Assembly: GCF_009914755.1 (NCBI RefSeq)
Contig: NC_060947.1
Reading direction: 5' to 3' (one strand)
DNA: 64,000 nt
Source of the DNA: the human T2T-CHM13v2.0 reference genome, Homo sapiens
A model generated the notes under the pieces. That model was not told where the DNA came from. It saw only the letters and a list, made by a program, of their open reading frames with translations, and ran no database searches. Of this stretch, positions 45,614 through 59,526 are shown in pieces. Numbering within the stretch: the first letter of the stretch is position 1; the number at the start of each line of letters is the position of its first letter. Position numbers and translations under genes: made by a program.

Positions 45614-45908
45614 GCACCCTTAATGTCACCCAGGTAAAGCATGTACAGTGAGAATAAAGAACTAAAGATAAGCCACTAAGGAAACATGTTGAAAGTGCAG
45701 ACTGAAGAAAGAGTTCCATGAAAGTGATAGACAAAATAAAGGCAAGGAGGAAAGAAGAGAACCAGGAGTGCGTGCCAGCCCAGAAATTACACTAGGAGTT
45801 TCTATATAGAAATTATTAAGACAGAAAAGTAGGAGCTTCTGTTATTGTTGTTGTTATTATTATTATTATCAGATACTCAGAAGGTTTATTTCTCATTCAT
45901 ATGGATGG

Positions 45909-46872
45909 TGTGATAGCCAGCTTCCAAGATGGTCCCCAATGATGCACACCTTCTGGTATTCTTGACTTTGGATAGTCTCCTCCCACAATGAATCAGGCTT
46001 GGCCCTGCATGACCAATAGAACACAGCAGTAGTGATGATGTGTGACTTCCAAGTATAGGCCAAAAAAGACATTGTAGCTTCCATCTTGGTCTCCTGGATT
46101 GCTTGTTTTGGGAAAAATCAGTTGCCAGGCTATAAGGATATTACAGAAGACCTATGTAGAAGCCCACAAGGAGAGGAACTGAGTCTCATCACCTACAGTC
46201 AGTTCCAACTTGCAGCCATGTTATTGAGTCACTAGGAAACAGGTCTTCCAGCCCCAAACAAGCCTTCAGATGACTGCAGCCCCAGCCAACATTAGATTGC
46301 AACCTGATATGGTTTGGAAGTGTGTCCTCTCCCAAATCTCATGTTGAAATTCTATTCCCAATGTTGGAGGTGGGGCCTGGTGGGAGGTGACTGGATCATG
46401 GGGACAGATCCCTCATGAATGGTTTAGCACCATCTCCTTGGTTACAAGTGAGTTCCCACTCAGTTCAGGTGAGATATGGTTGTTTAAAAGAGCCTGACAC
46501 CTCTACCTCTCTTTTGTTCCCACTTTTGCCATGTGATGCAATTGTTCTCCCTTTACCTTCTGCCATTATTGGAAGCATCCTGAGGCCCTCACCAGAAGCA
46601 AATCCCAGAACCACGCTTCCTGTACAGCCAGTAGAATCATGAGCCAATCAAACCTCTTTTCTTTATAAATTGCCCAGTCTTAGATAATTCTTCATAGCAA
46701 TGCAAGAATGGCCTAATGCATGACCCCATTAGAGACCTCCAGCAGGAATCATCCAACCTAGCCATTCCCAAATTCATAACCCACAGAGACCATGAGAGAT
46801 AATAAATTATTATTGTTGTTTTAAGCAATGAGTTTTGGGGTGATGCGTTATGCAGCAATAGATAACTATACA
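45909..46872 (+). mobile_element. MLT1F-like MaLR LTR split by an MST LTR
   Basis: tgtgatagccagcttccaagatgg...agccttcagatgactgcagcccc...tatgcagcaatagataactataca. Confidence 0.75.
46305..46720 (+). mobile_element. MST-family solo LTR nested in MLT1
   Basis: tgatatggtttgg...ctcatgttgaaat...gcaatgcaagaatggcctaatgca. Confidence 0.88.
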
Positions 46873-47254
46873 AATGGTTACCTCTCATGAATATAGACAA
46901 TAATTTAAAAATCTGGAAAGTTTCTGTGGCAACTATGTAACTATGCATTTCGTGATACAAAAAAATTTCTTCCACAAAGTCATTTTTAATACATTTCATT
47001 GTACTTTTTCCCTGTTCTTTATTACATAGCTATTGCCAGGAATCTTTCCTTAGCTTATACATCCTTTTAGCAAGAGATAAAGTCTTACATAATAGATCTC
47101 ACAGAAGACAATCATCACCAGAAAGTGAAAAGAGTAATCAACATGTCTTCTGAAAGAGAGAATATGGCTAGCAAAATAAACCTGTGAGGAAGGACAAGTT
47201 AACCATGGCCAGTAGAGCCTTCACAAAATGACTCGGTGAAAGGAGAAAGGGAGG

Positions 47255-47550
47255 TGTGAGACAGGAGGAATGAGGAATAGCTGGTCAAAGGGTACAAACT
47301 TTTAGTTATAAGATGAATAAGTTCTGTGAATCTAATGTACAGAATGGAAACTAAGTTAATAAAACTGTATACTTGAAATTTGCTAAGAGAGTAGATCTTA
47401 AGTGTTCCCACCACACACACACAAACGGTAACTAGGTGAGGTGATTGTTGTGTTAATTAGCTTGATTGTGATCATCATTTCACAATGTATATCAAATGAT
47501 CACACTGTACACTTTAAACATACACATTCAGTCACACTTTAACAAAACTG
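47255..47550 (+). mobile_element. Old L1M (L1MA/MB-like) 3' fragment
   Basis: ggtcaaagggtacaaactttt.gttataagatgaataagttctg...gctaagagagtagatcttaagtgttc. Confidence 0.8.
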
Positions 47551-50500
47551 GAAACACATGACTGGACACTCCCTAGTGAGGTAGGTTGTACTTATTCTTC
47601 GTAAGAAAAAGCATGAGGAGGTCACCAGCCATACAACTCCAGGGCTGTTTGTATAGGGGCCCTAGATCAATGGGAGACCGAGTACAGTTATTTGTGAAAC
47701 CTTATTTGGTAAATCCATTTTGCTTTCCAGAAAAAAAGAAGAAGGGTAAAGAAAATAAAATAAAAGAATAAACCAGAACTTATTCTTCACATTCTAAGGG
47801 AGGCAAGACTTGTTTCACAAAACACTCTCACTCCCAACACATCCCCTCACCCTCCGCTGCTACCTACAGTGGAGATTATAGAAAGTGGAGTAAAGATATA
47901 GTTGAGTTACAAGAATAACAGCATATAAGGAAAAATTCTGATTTTTAATATTTGGTCCCATTTTTAGACCACATGCCCCTACCATGTTTAGTTCAAAAAT
48001 ATCTTCACTGTAGATAAAGAGTAAATAACTCAGTGGTCCTCAGCTGGTGGGAGCTATAGAAAAAATACCTAATCCAGGGCCAAAGCCTGAGGGTCCCAGT
48101 TCAGAAGACGGGGAGGTTGTAGGTAACAGCAGAAGGAACAGAAATACAAACTTCCCTTTTTGCACTCCCCTCACAGTCCTCCTTGGTGGGAGTAGGAAGC
48201 TACCTTCCAAGTTTAGACAAACAACTTTCTTATATATGCTAATTTGGAATAGATAAGGTGTTGGTCAGGAGAAGCACAAATGACACTTAAAATAGATCAG
48301 ATGAAATGAAAGGGGAAGTCTGGCCTGAAAGGAGCTGAAAACTGCGAGGAATCAGACAAAAGTGTAAAATAAAGTATGGAGAATGCATAGCTGCAAACTA
48401 GTTGAGTCCTGCTGACTCAAAATAATGAGAATTAGGCTTGAGGTAACAATGTGGCTGGCTGAGGACAGAAAATGGGGGTTTGAGTGAAAGCTTTTCTTTC
48501 ATCAAAGATGAGGGGAGTTTAGGAAAAGTTTAGCCTTCGAGCAAGAATAATAGAATACAACTAGAAAGAGAAAGTCTACTTCTCAGACACTCAGAAAAAG
48601 GTCCCAGTGTTCTGGGATCAAAGTGAGTCCCAGTAGCTAAACATAAGTACCTAAGGCCTTGGGCTCCCTCAGAATTTTCTCTTGAGCTGAACAATGCCAC
48701 ATTCCCTAGAATTTAGGAGACTGTGGTTACAAGTGACCCTAAGAGAACTCTTAGAAATATTTGTTAATGCTCATCAAAATAAAGCAACAGAAACAGCACA
48801 TTAAGTAAAAAGAATATCAATTGTGTTTGGTAAATGAGCACTAAAGGATGCTGTACAATTAACTTTCACTTAATCCGCTGATTACAAACTTTCCAGGGTC
48901 TTCCTCTCTCACAGTTTTAATGAGATCCTTGTAAATTCACTGTTCCATGTTACAAATAAAATATTAAGAGACACTTTTTCATTGACCAATCCTCCATCCA
49001 GGTGTTAGATTTGGGGTACCTTGATAATGCTCCCAAATTCAAAACTTGGAGTGAATGGAGATTTGTATAAATCTCTATCCAAAATTCTTGAGATGATGGT
49101 GGGAAAGAAGTACATAGATGCAAGTCTGCCTAGGCTATAATTTTGATTAAGGGAATTCAGACTTAGGAAAGGATTACTGTGCATACCATAGCTAGAGTGA
49201 AATGAACAAAATGTTGCCCAGCAAGGATGTTTGCCTCACATGCAAATAACTGTTTGAAATTAGTATACCAGGCACTACCTCTAAAGTGTTTGAAAAGTTT
49301 GCTCTTTTAAGCAGTTTAAAAGCTCCCTCAGGCAATCTTGTTTACAAATTAACAGAATACTGAATTAATGAGGTTCAACTTCTTTCTTTTTAAATAACCT
49401 CAAATACAAACTAACCCTGACACATATGGAAATAATCCTCTTCCCACTCCAATGATACACTGGACCTCGAAAACATAACTTTTCTTTTGGGAGCTGCTGA
49501 AGACTTCTTGCCAGTTTCATTTTCTAATGGCATCCTTCTGAAGTGAATGACAAATACTCTAATATTTACCTCCTTTATACATGACATAGCTAATGAAAGT
49601 ACATATTAGTATTCCCCACTACTCTTTCCATATTTCTCTCCAAAGACCTGAAGAAATAGTTTGGTTTCACAGTCATCATAAATTTATTATACTGAACTTT
49701 TGAACTAGTCTGGATGAGAACCAGAACGATATCCAACATGAAAAGGCAGAACTCACTCAGTTCTGTAAAACTGCCTTCCTTCTGAAATCCTAAAAAAAAG
49801 TAGTTCCTTTTATTTTCTTTACATTGTGCTTTCTAACTGCCACCAGAATAGCTTATATTTGTAGTTTAATCAGTACTAATAAATGCATACTATATTGTCT
49901 TTGTGCCTGTTAGTTATAGATGAAGAATTCTAAGATTTGCTACCACAAGCTTTGATATAGTTGTATCAATTGAAACTTCATCACCTAAACCAGCTTTGCT
50001 CATAGAATTCACTCTGAATCTTCCATTACCTGAACTTCTCCTTATAAGAACAGATAACAGATTTTTTTCCTAAGTTTTTTCCACTGATACCTTAAATGTT
50101 CTTTATTTTGAAATCTCAAATATGTGACCCCTCCAGCCACATGGCAAAGGAAAAGCCAAGAGTAGTTAATTTAGGTGGATTTATCCAATCAAATTATATG
50201 TATACATACATATAACTGAGTATATGCATATGAGACAAGATAAAGACAACAGACATCCAGCAAGGCAAACTCATAAAATGTTTCAAGACAAAATGATATA
50301 ATTACATGTGATACCACATACAGGGCATTTGTCTACAGTTTGCCATCTGTAGTAAGGAGTATTTTTGTTTCTCTCGCCAAAAGGTACATTTTACGCTCTC
50401 TTACTTCATAATGGGCACAGATATCTTTTTAAAAAAAAATGCTTAAAAAGCTGATTCCTGCTTGAAGGTTTGTTTCCCTACTGCAATTTTCATTATTCAG

Positions 50501-52200
50501 GAAGAATATCTTATCATACGAATTGCGGATTTCACATGCTCTCAATTTCAGGTCCCACTGCGCATGCACTTGCTGAAAGCAGACATCCGACTGCCTATAT
50601 AACAGTTTTATAAATGGAGCAAGTTGACTTAAATTGGAACAATTTTAGGAGACTTTTCCATTGCCTTTTTTCCATGACAGCTCTCCAGCTCAGGGCTTTC
50701 AGATTTGAAAGAAAGATCTTTTACAACAGTGAGCACACACACGTATCTACAAACAGGAAATTTTTCATAAGTCATGCTCAAACATATGAATTAACTGTTT
50801 TCCAAACTAGAACTAGTTAATCCTCAGGGTTTTGCCCACTTACAGAAAATAAGTGCAATGCAGAGTGCCTGACTTGTTGGGTGGGAGTCAGAATCATGAC
50901 TAATATTTTGAGTTATTTCTCTGGTTCCTGTTTCTATTAACGTACAAGAGAACTGGTGCCTGCTTCTATTAATGTACAAGAGAAGCTGACCATAGGAAAA
51001 TAAATTTGTATTAAAAATACTATTTAGAAGAGACAAAAGAACAGCTATTTGCAGGGATGTGTGTCTGATTGTTGTTTCTGAAAACAGAAGCAGAGATTAA
51101 CAAAAGAAAATCAATGCTGCCACTTCAATGAAGGAAGAGAGAAGGGATGTCATTTCAAATACATGAAGTGATAGAGGAAAGGGAAATATTTTTCATATTT
51201 CTTACACAAGATCAGTCAGTATTAATAAAAACTAAGGTGGAAAGAGGTGCTGCCAATAATTATTATGAAAGCATCCATTACAGCCAAGAATTCAAAATTA
51301 GTTCAGACTCAAACCTAAATCAGAGACAAATGACACTTTATGGTTACTGACTCTATGCTTGTTTTGGGGGGTAAAGAAATATAGAGTGAGACTGAGAAAA
51401 GAGATTGGAGTTGGGGGAGTGGTTCAAGGAAAAAACAGAGAAATAATTTTTTACCTTAAAATAAATCCATCATAGCCCTGCTTCCTAAAACGTTCTGTGG
51501 AATTCATCCCATAGAGCACACAGATAGAGAAGGGTAATGGACTGGAAGATGAACTAGGAGATACACAATCTTCACATAAACCAACTGAAGTGGCCATACC
51601 AAACAAAAGCAGCATTGAAGCATGCATGCTGATAGACTGCAAGAATATCAATGCTGGTCACATTCCCATAGGAAACTGAAATCAATTGGAAATAGACAAC
51701 AAATCTAGCATTTCTAGTGACACTGATTAATTTTTTTTTCATGAAAGTCATTAAAAGCATAAAGTTCAAAGGCACAACCTTCCTTTATGGTATATAGTCT
51801 CTATAAGGGCCATGCAGTCACATAAGCACAGTACCAGCAAGGTACAAATCAGTGTTGTGGGAGAAGGAGGGCTGATATGTTGCAGCACTTAGCACAGTGG
51901 CTGACCCACTCTCTAAATATGTCTGGGAGGAAGGGAATAAAGGAAAGATGCATAGAATATAGAGGTTTAGAGAAAAAGAAAGATCATCAAAGCAATGGAG
52001 AGTAAGGGGGTTGTGAGTACAGGCAATGACAGTGGGACTATGTAAGCCTAGATAAAATGGGGGAAACATTTAATAAGTCTTGCAGGATATTATAAACATG
52101 GCTGATCTCCATCTGTACTGATGACAGAACAAGATAAAATACCGTTTACAAGAGTTTGGTTAAATAGCAAATGCTTGAACAGATTACTAAGGAAAACTAA

Positions 52201-52389
<189 letters not shown>

Positions 52390-53942
52390 TAAAGATGTTT
52401 TAAAAATAAAACGTATTCTCACCTAATTATAACAAACTAGGCTGGACAACAGATTAAATGAGTTCACTGAAGTTCCATAATGCTATAATAACTTCCTGAT
52501 CGATTCTAGTAAGAACTCTGAAATTCAAATACAAATTTTATAGACTATGGAGGTACACCCATACTGACCTGTCAAGGTGTAACAATAATGTGTCCATAAT
52601 TCACCATAATATCAGTATTCAGCTGAAGAGGTAACCATTTCTATTTCATCAGCCTCCTTTTATTTATTTATTTATGTTTTTTTGGTAAGCTTCCCTTCGA
52701 CCACTTTCAAATCTTTTCCACCTGGTAATAAAGTAACAGAAAAATCTCATTTCCTGTGCCCAGCCTGCCTGATCCTTGCTGCAGACAGGACCCACTTAAC
52801 TGTCACCTGATCCTTTGGTCCAGTCCTCACCTGATCTCCCTGCCCCAACTCAACTGTAATCTCTACCAAGCCTAAATTCCAGAGGGCTGTCTTTACCTCT
52901 CTTAACCACATTCAACATATTCAACTTTAGATTATTATTGGGCTTCTCCTTCCTATCAGACAAGAAGTCCTTTGAGGGCAGAGATCATGGCTGACTCATC
53001 TCTGGATCCCTCTGACTCCAAGGAAACTGCCTGAGTGCTAATGTTTAATGAGTTGAACTACAGCCATCTTCTGGGTTTAAAGAAACTGTTACCTTATCAG
53101 TAGTTCACTGATCAGAACTTACCTAATTCTCTATTTCTTTCATTTAAAGTCTGGATTATTATGCAAAATATTATGATGGATGAAATCAATAACCTTCACT
53201 TTAAGCCATGAGATTATAACTTTAAGGCCCAAGATACTAAAATTCTGTTCATTAGATATGTTCATCTTTACGATATGACTTTGTGGGGTATTTTTTTTGT
53301 TTGTTTTTTGGGTTTTGTTTTTTTTTTTTTTTTTTTTGGTAAATAAAGCTAGCTGAGCTCTTCCTTACAGTTTAAGATGAAAAAGAAAAATTCAAACTTT
53401 ACTGTTCAAACCCAGCAAATTCACAGGTTTCTCATTAGCTTCTCTACAGTCACTGGTAAAATGTTTTGAAGAGTAGTTTCAGAACTTCACACAATTATCA
53501 GAATCTCCAAAGCCTGGGAAGTATCATGATGAATGAGAAGAGATCATTACTGCCAAATTTCTGAGGGAGGTGAAGATCAATAGCTAATATCACTACCAAA
53601 CACAGAAATAGTATTTACGTGGTAATCCTTGCTACCAAGGCTGCCAGCCTTGGTCAGAAACTTCCAACACCAGTACAAAGGAATGCTAGCTGAGGCAGTG
53701 GGCTCAGAATCATGCAAGCTCCATTTCATAACTATCAGAATGATCATGCAATTTTAAGTATGTACAAGGCATATCTATTTGGTGAGCTCATCCTTCCTCA
53801 TTAATGGCAACTTCTCCGCTTAGGGTCCCAAGAATGTACTCTGGGTGACAATAGTCTTTACCTACTCTAACTTCTTTCCTTAGGCAGAATCTCCAATTAG
53901 AAGTGAAACAGTGATCATATTCAGGATTAAACACAAACTTTC

Positions 53943-54255
53943 TGGTGGCTCATGCCTGTAATCCCAGCAATTTGGGAGGCCAAGGCGGGTGGATCACAAG
54001 GTCAGGAGATCAAGATCATCCTGGTTACCACGGGGTAGAGAAACCCCATCTCTACTAAAAATACAAAAAAAAAAAAAATTAGCTAGGCGTGGTGGCGGGC
54101 GCCTATTGTCCCAGCTACTCGGGAGGCTGAGGCAGAAGAATTGCTTGAACCTGGGAGTTGGAGGTGCAGTGAGCTGAGATCGTGCCACTGCACTTCAGCC
54201 TGGGTGACAGAGCAAGACTCCGTCTCCAAAACAAACAAACAAATAATAATAATAA
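53943..54255 (+). mobile_element. Alu SINE (AluSc-like)
   Basis: Slightly 5'-truncated dimer. Confidence 0.94.
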
Positions 54256-56164
54256 ACATGAACTTTCATTTGTCTAAATGAACTATTCCAAAATCTACTC
54301 CTCAAAGATTTACTTATTTATATTCAGCTGTTCTCTAGGAAAATCTTTATCCTGGCCTACATGAATACCCACTCAAAATGGATACTTCTCAAATGTAACT
54401 TCTCATTGTGCCAAGGCCTTATAAAGGCACATCATTCCAATTACACTTTCACCAGAGTTGTTCTTTACTTGTGCTTCAAAATCAGTGGATTACTTAGCTC
54501 TCTAGGTACTATACCACCATCTTACCCTCCTGATAAACCAGTCAGTATTTTCCTGTATCTATTTCCCTTCCCTACTTCCCAATATACTTGTTATAGTGCA
54601 GATTGCATGGGTTATACAATCAATCTTGTTCTTTCTATTTAAAAATCTATCCCCTCAAATCTCTCTGAAGTGGGCCCTATCTCTTCCAATTATTTCCCAT
54701 TATTGCCCTAAAAATTTTCTCCTCTACTGATTCATTTCCAATGGCATTAGTATAAGTTCTACTTTCTCTACCTGTTGTTTTCCCCCTCCCATAGACTGCT
54801 TCATCCTTATTTGCATGCAAATCCATGATGAAATCAGCTATACATTTTCATATTCTGCTTATATCTCTGCAGGCTGGCGCGATTCTTCATTGTTTCTACT
54901 GTAATCCAACTCTGAGTACTTTTCAGGAAATTTCAATGTCATGCATCTCCCTAGGATTTCTAAATTGCTCATATCAATTGGGCATAAAAGCACAGCTAGA
55001 AAAGAATTCAAACATTAGGGAGAACTTCTTGACCATGCCAGAGACTTAAACACCAGAACATACTACTGACTAAGAAGACACAAAATACCTGCATTTAGAA
55101 ATATTTTCAAATGGATAAAAACCATCGCTCATTTATGATTTAGGTATTGATGTACCTAAGCAGAGGGACGAATTAAACGGCTTATATATATCCCTTCCAG
55201 GTCTTAGATCTTACATGGTCAACCTAACTGTATTTTGCAAACTTTTCTAAGAAAGCTTTAGATTCTTGTAGAATAATGATAAAATGCATTAAGGCAAAAC
55301 CAAGTCAAGATATTCTACCAAATGACCTAATATTTTATTCAGTCTGAGTTCCTCTCCAGAACAGGTGGAATTTGTAACTTCATAAGGCCTTTGAGGGGTA
55401 GAGGGGTGAGACAGACCCATCTTCCTGCCTCCTCTCAAAGCTGGTACCAGGCTGCCTCCAGAAAGGAGGATGGGAATAATTAGAAAATCTTTATTGGATC
55501 TGGAACATTGTTTAGACAACTAGGTACAATAAACTGCTATGGATATTAACTTTACTTTTGAAAACACGCAGCTAAAATGGGATTCTTTGAAGATCCAGTC
55601 AAGATTTCCTCATTCTTGGGGAACTAAATACATTCTAAACGTTTAAAATCCTGGAAAGCAACTAATCACTTCTAATGAGCTGCCAATTGCTTGTGGGAAA
55701 CTAAAAAATAGGAATTTTGCCAATCACAAGATAAGCAGCATGCTGAAGTGGGAATCATGGAGCTTGTGGGAAGTTCAGTAAAGCCAAGAGAGTGGCAAAA
55801 GTGCAGGAGGTGAACTGAAGGTGGCCAGGCTTCCAACAGCAGCACACACGCTGGCATTTTATCCCCTCAATGATGAGGCAAGATAATGTATGTATAACTT
55901 TGGTGCTTTCAAATACTGCTGTTCTCTTTCATTAGTACCATTACCACCTATAACTTCTACTTGACCCTATCTGGTAGAGTACTTCACAGGTAATGTTACA
56001 TAAATAAAGTAGGCTAAAGAACTATCAGGGAAATTTAGGAGAAAGTTTCAAAAGAAGACATGGTATATCATTAATATTTGGTTAATTTGACGTGCAATTT
56101 TTAAATTCCAAAAAAAAAAAAAAAAAAAAAAAAAGCTTTCTTCTGTTTTATTCCTTTCAATGCC

Positions 56165-56410
56165 AGTGAGAGGCAGCATGGAGTATTAGAAAGACACAAG
56201 GAAAAATACAGGTTTTGAAATTAGACAGACATGAATTTAGATTTCATCTCTGCCACTTCCTAACTGTGTGACTCTGGGCAAATCAGTTAACATGTCTCAG
56301 TTGTCCCATCTGTAAAGTGGGTGTGATACTACACAAAGAATTACTGTGAGATATGTATGTATATGAGAACACGTACCACAAAAGCATATGGTTAACACTA
56401 ATGGCTAATT
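56165..56410 (+). mobile_element. MIR SINE
   Basis: gaggcagcatgg...ctctgccacttcctaactgtgtgactctgggcaaatcagttaac...catctgtaaagtggg. Confidence 0.75.
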
Positions 56411-56699
56411 TCCCATAACATCTTCTTCTTCTATCCAGTATCTCCCTCCTCTAGTCTCCTCAGTTTTCCCTAATCTGCTCTGTTTCCCTCATATTCCTCT
56501 TCCCTAGCCTGTTGTCATTTCTCTACAGTAGTCATTTCTCTCCTCTCCAAGTACAGCCTTACTTATGGCAAAACCCTAACAATTAGCAGAAATTATTGGG
56601 AGTTACTATATACTTGGCAAATTTATTCAACTAGAAAGATTTCCAGATGCTCAGGTTTGAATGCCAAAACATAACAACACAGCTTTGGTAATTAACATG

Positions 56700-56960
56700 A
56701 TATCTTTCATGAACTAACATTAAGCATCTAGATGAATCAAGCGTTATGCTAGATATTGAAGTTATAGAGATCAGGACTCAGTTCCTGCCCTTGAAGAACA
56801 GAATCTATTGAGGGAGGCAAAAATGAAAACAAATAATTGTAGTAGAGCATAAGAAGTGCAAGAAGAGAGTGTAAGAAGTGCAAGAAGAGATAGATATTTA
56901 AAGTATAGAGCTGGCAAGGAGAATGGAGAAATCCAAACTGCTTTGATGCACTGCTGTGAG
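56700..56960 (-). mobile_element. L2-like fragment
   Basis: Degenerate L2 3' pattern (taagcatcta...tatgctagatattga...cagttcctgcccttgaaga). Confidence 0.5.
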
Positions 56961-57779
56961 GTGTAGGGGATAGGAGTAGGATCTCATTGAAAAAGACACT
57001 CCTCTCAGTCCTAGCTATGCTCTTATAGAAGCTACATAACCTTAGACAAGTCAGTTCACCTCTTTAAGCCTCAGTTTCCTTATCCAAAAATTTTTCCACT
57101 AGTCTTTGCAGCTTTCTTGCTCTATTTACCAAGTAGAAAAGTGAAGGAAAAATAGCTCTAGATGGCATATTTTTTTCTTTTTTCCCCCATATTTCTTCTC
57201 ATCCATTCATTTTCCTTTGTAGCCATTTGCTCATTTCTAGTAGCTTTACTTTTGACTCTCCCCTATCATAATGGTGCTGTGTTTGTGGATTTGATACCAT
57301 GGCTAGAAAAAGGATCCTTTGGCAAAAAGAAGTTCCCTTTTATGGAAAGATCTGTTTCTTCATTGTTCCTGGTCATATGAGATGATAGGTTGAAGCCTGA
57401 GCAATGGTTTTAAATTTTGACTCCAGGGATTCTTTTTTCACATGAAGAGATTTCAAAAGCTATTTCAGCAACTTAACATTGACCCTCACAAAAGCTCCAC
57501 CTCCATATCCATTTAACAAATATTTATTAAAGCTTACACTGTGTTAGGCAATAGGCTGGGGGTTATGGGGGATGCAGAAATGATTAAGATATGGGCCTGG
57601 TTGTCAAGGAGCTTATGATTTATTTAGCGGCTGTGGCACTGAGCCCAGTGCTATATAAAATATATTAGCAAGGCAATCATTGTTCTGTCACAACTGGAGC
57701 CATGAGTCCTATACATGTATATGTGGTTTTGACTAGAAGTTGTGCATTCAGTATGCGTTGAAAGCCACATGTCAAAAAC

Positions 57780-58260
57780 TGAGTTGTTCCAAAAAAAAGT
57801 TCAATCTCATTAGCAAAGAAATGAAAGTTCAAACAATGAGATTCCATCATTCTTCTAGCAAATTGGCAGAGACAGAAGAAGTTAAAATGCAATGACAATG
57901 AGAATGTAGTGACACAGGTCCTCTTATACACTGCTAGTGAAAATAAGAAATAAACTATGGTGCGTCCATAAGAAATTATGGTATATCCACACAAGTGAAT
58001 TCTATGCAACCATTCAAGATAATGTTTTTAACTATATATAATGATATGGTGAAATACTCATGATGCCATATTAAGTGAAAATAGCAAGTATAGAACTATA
58101 TATATACAGCATAATCACATTTTAATAAAACATTTTTCTTTGTGAATGCATAGGAAAAAATACTAAAAGGAAATATATCAGAATGTTAACAGTAATTATT
58201 ACTTGATGGAGTAGCTACAGGTAGTTTTACTTTTCCTTTTAATTTTGGTGGATATTCCAG
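57780..58260 (+). mobile_element. Old L1ME-like 3' fragment
   Basis: aaagttcaatctcattagc...acaatgagattccat...tacactgctagtga...atattaagtgaaaatagcaag. Confidence 0.6.
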
Positions 58261-58263
58261 ATG

Positions 58264-58590
58264 TTCTTTTTCTCTTCTCTTCTCTTCTCTTGTCTTTTCT
58301 TTGTTGAGACAGGGTCCTGTTTTGTCACCCAGGCTGGAGAGCAGAGGCACGATCATGGCTCACTGCAGCCTCAACTTTCCAGGCTGAAGTGATCCTCTTG
58401 TTTCAGCTTCCTGAATAGCTGGGACTACAAGCATGAGTTCCTACACCCGACTAATTTTTTAAATTATTTTTTGTAGAGATGAGGTCTTACATGTTGTCCA
58501 GGCTGCTCTTGCACTCCTGAGCTCAAGCGATCCGCCCACCTCAGCCTCCCAAAGTGCTGAGACTACAGGCATGAGCTACTGTACCCAGCC
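58264..58590 (-). mobile_element. Alu SINE (AluJ-like)
   Basis: Diverged reverse Alu; ccagat flanks. Confidence 0.92.
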
Positions 58591-58599
58591 AGATTTTCC

Positions 58600-59526
58600 T
58601 TTTTTAAAATAAATTTTATCGTGTACATGTAAGTTATACAATATGCTGTTACAAGATATATATATATATATATAGTAAAATGGTCCCTATAGTGGAACAA
58701 ATTAACATCTCTATCGTCTCACATAGTTACCTTCTTTCTCTGAGGCAAGAATAGATATAATCTACTCATTCAGCACAAGTCCTAAGTACAATACACTATT
58801 ATTAACTATAGTCCTTATGTTTTACACTGGATCTTTTGACTTTTTCATCTTACAGGTTTGCTACTTTGTATCCTCTGACCTACATCTCCCCATTTTCTCC
58901 CCACTACTCCAATTCTGGTAACGACTGTTTTATTCTCTACCTCTACATATTTGACCTTTAGATTTTAGATTCCACATATAAATACGATCATAAAATATTT
59001 GGCTTTCTGTGCCTGGCTTATTGCACTCCGTGTAATGTCCTCCAGGTCCATCCATACTGTGGCAAATGGCAGGATCCCTTCCTTTCTTAAGGCTAAATAT
59101 TAACAGTATTCCATCATACACACACAAGCAGCACATTTTCTTTATCCATTTGTCTGTCAATATTTCCATATCTTGGCTATTGTGATAATATTTCAATGAA
59201 CATGAGAGTGCAGATATCTCTTCAACCTTCTGATTTCATTTCCTTTGGGCATATACACAGAAGAGCGACTGCTGAGTCATATGGTAATTCTATCTTCAGT
59301 TTTTTGTGGAATCTCCATACTGTTTTCCATAATGGATGTACTAATTTATATTCCCACCAACAGTATACAAGAGTTTCTCTTCCTCTATACCCTTGTCAAC
59401 ACTTGTTATCTCTTGTCTTTTTTATCATAGTTACCCTAACCAGGTATGAGGTGGTATCTCAGTGACTTTTATTTGCATTTCCCTAATGATTAGTGATGTT
59501 GAGTACCTTTCATATACCTGTTGACC
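58600..59526 (-). mobile_element. 5'-truncated L1MA-like element
   Basis: ttagattccacatat...ctccatactgttttccataatgg..gtactaattta.attcccaccaacagt...atttgcatttccctaatgattagtgatgttgag. Confidence 0.88.

Noticed and set aside
50520-50594. Possible minus-strand exon and NRF1-like TGCGCATGCA motif
   Set aside because: Modest splice signals, a single imperfect motif and no CpG island; insufficient support.
56109-56134. Isolated poly-A run as a retrogene tail
   Set aside because: No upstream retrocopy body, polyadenylation signal or TSD visible.
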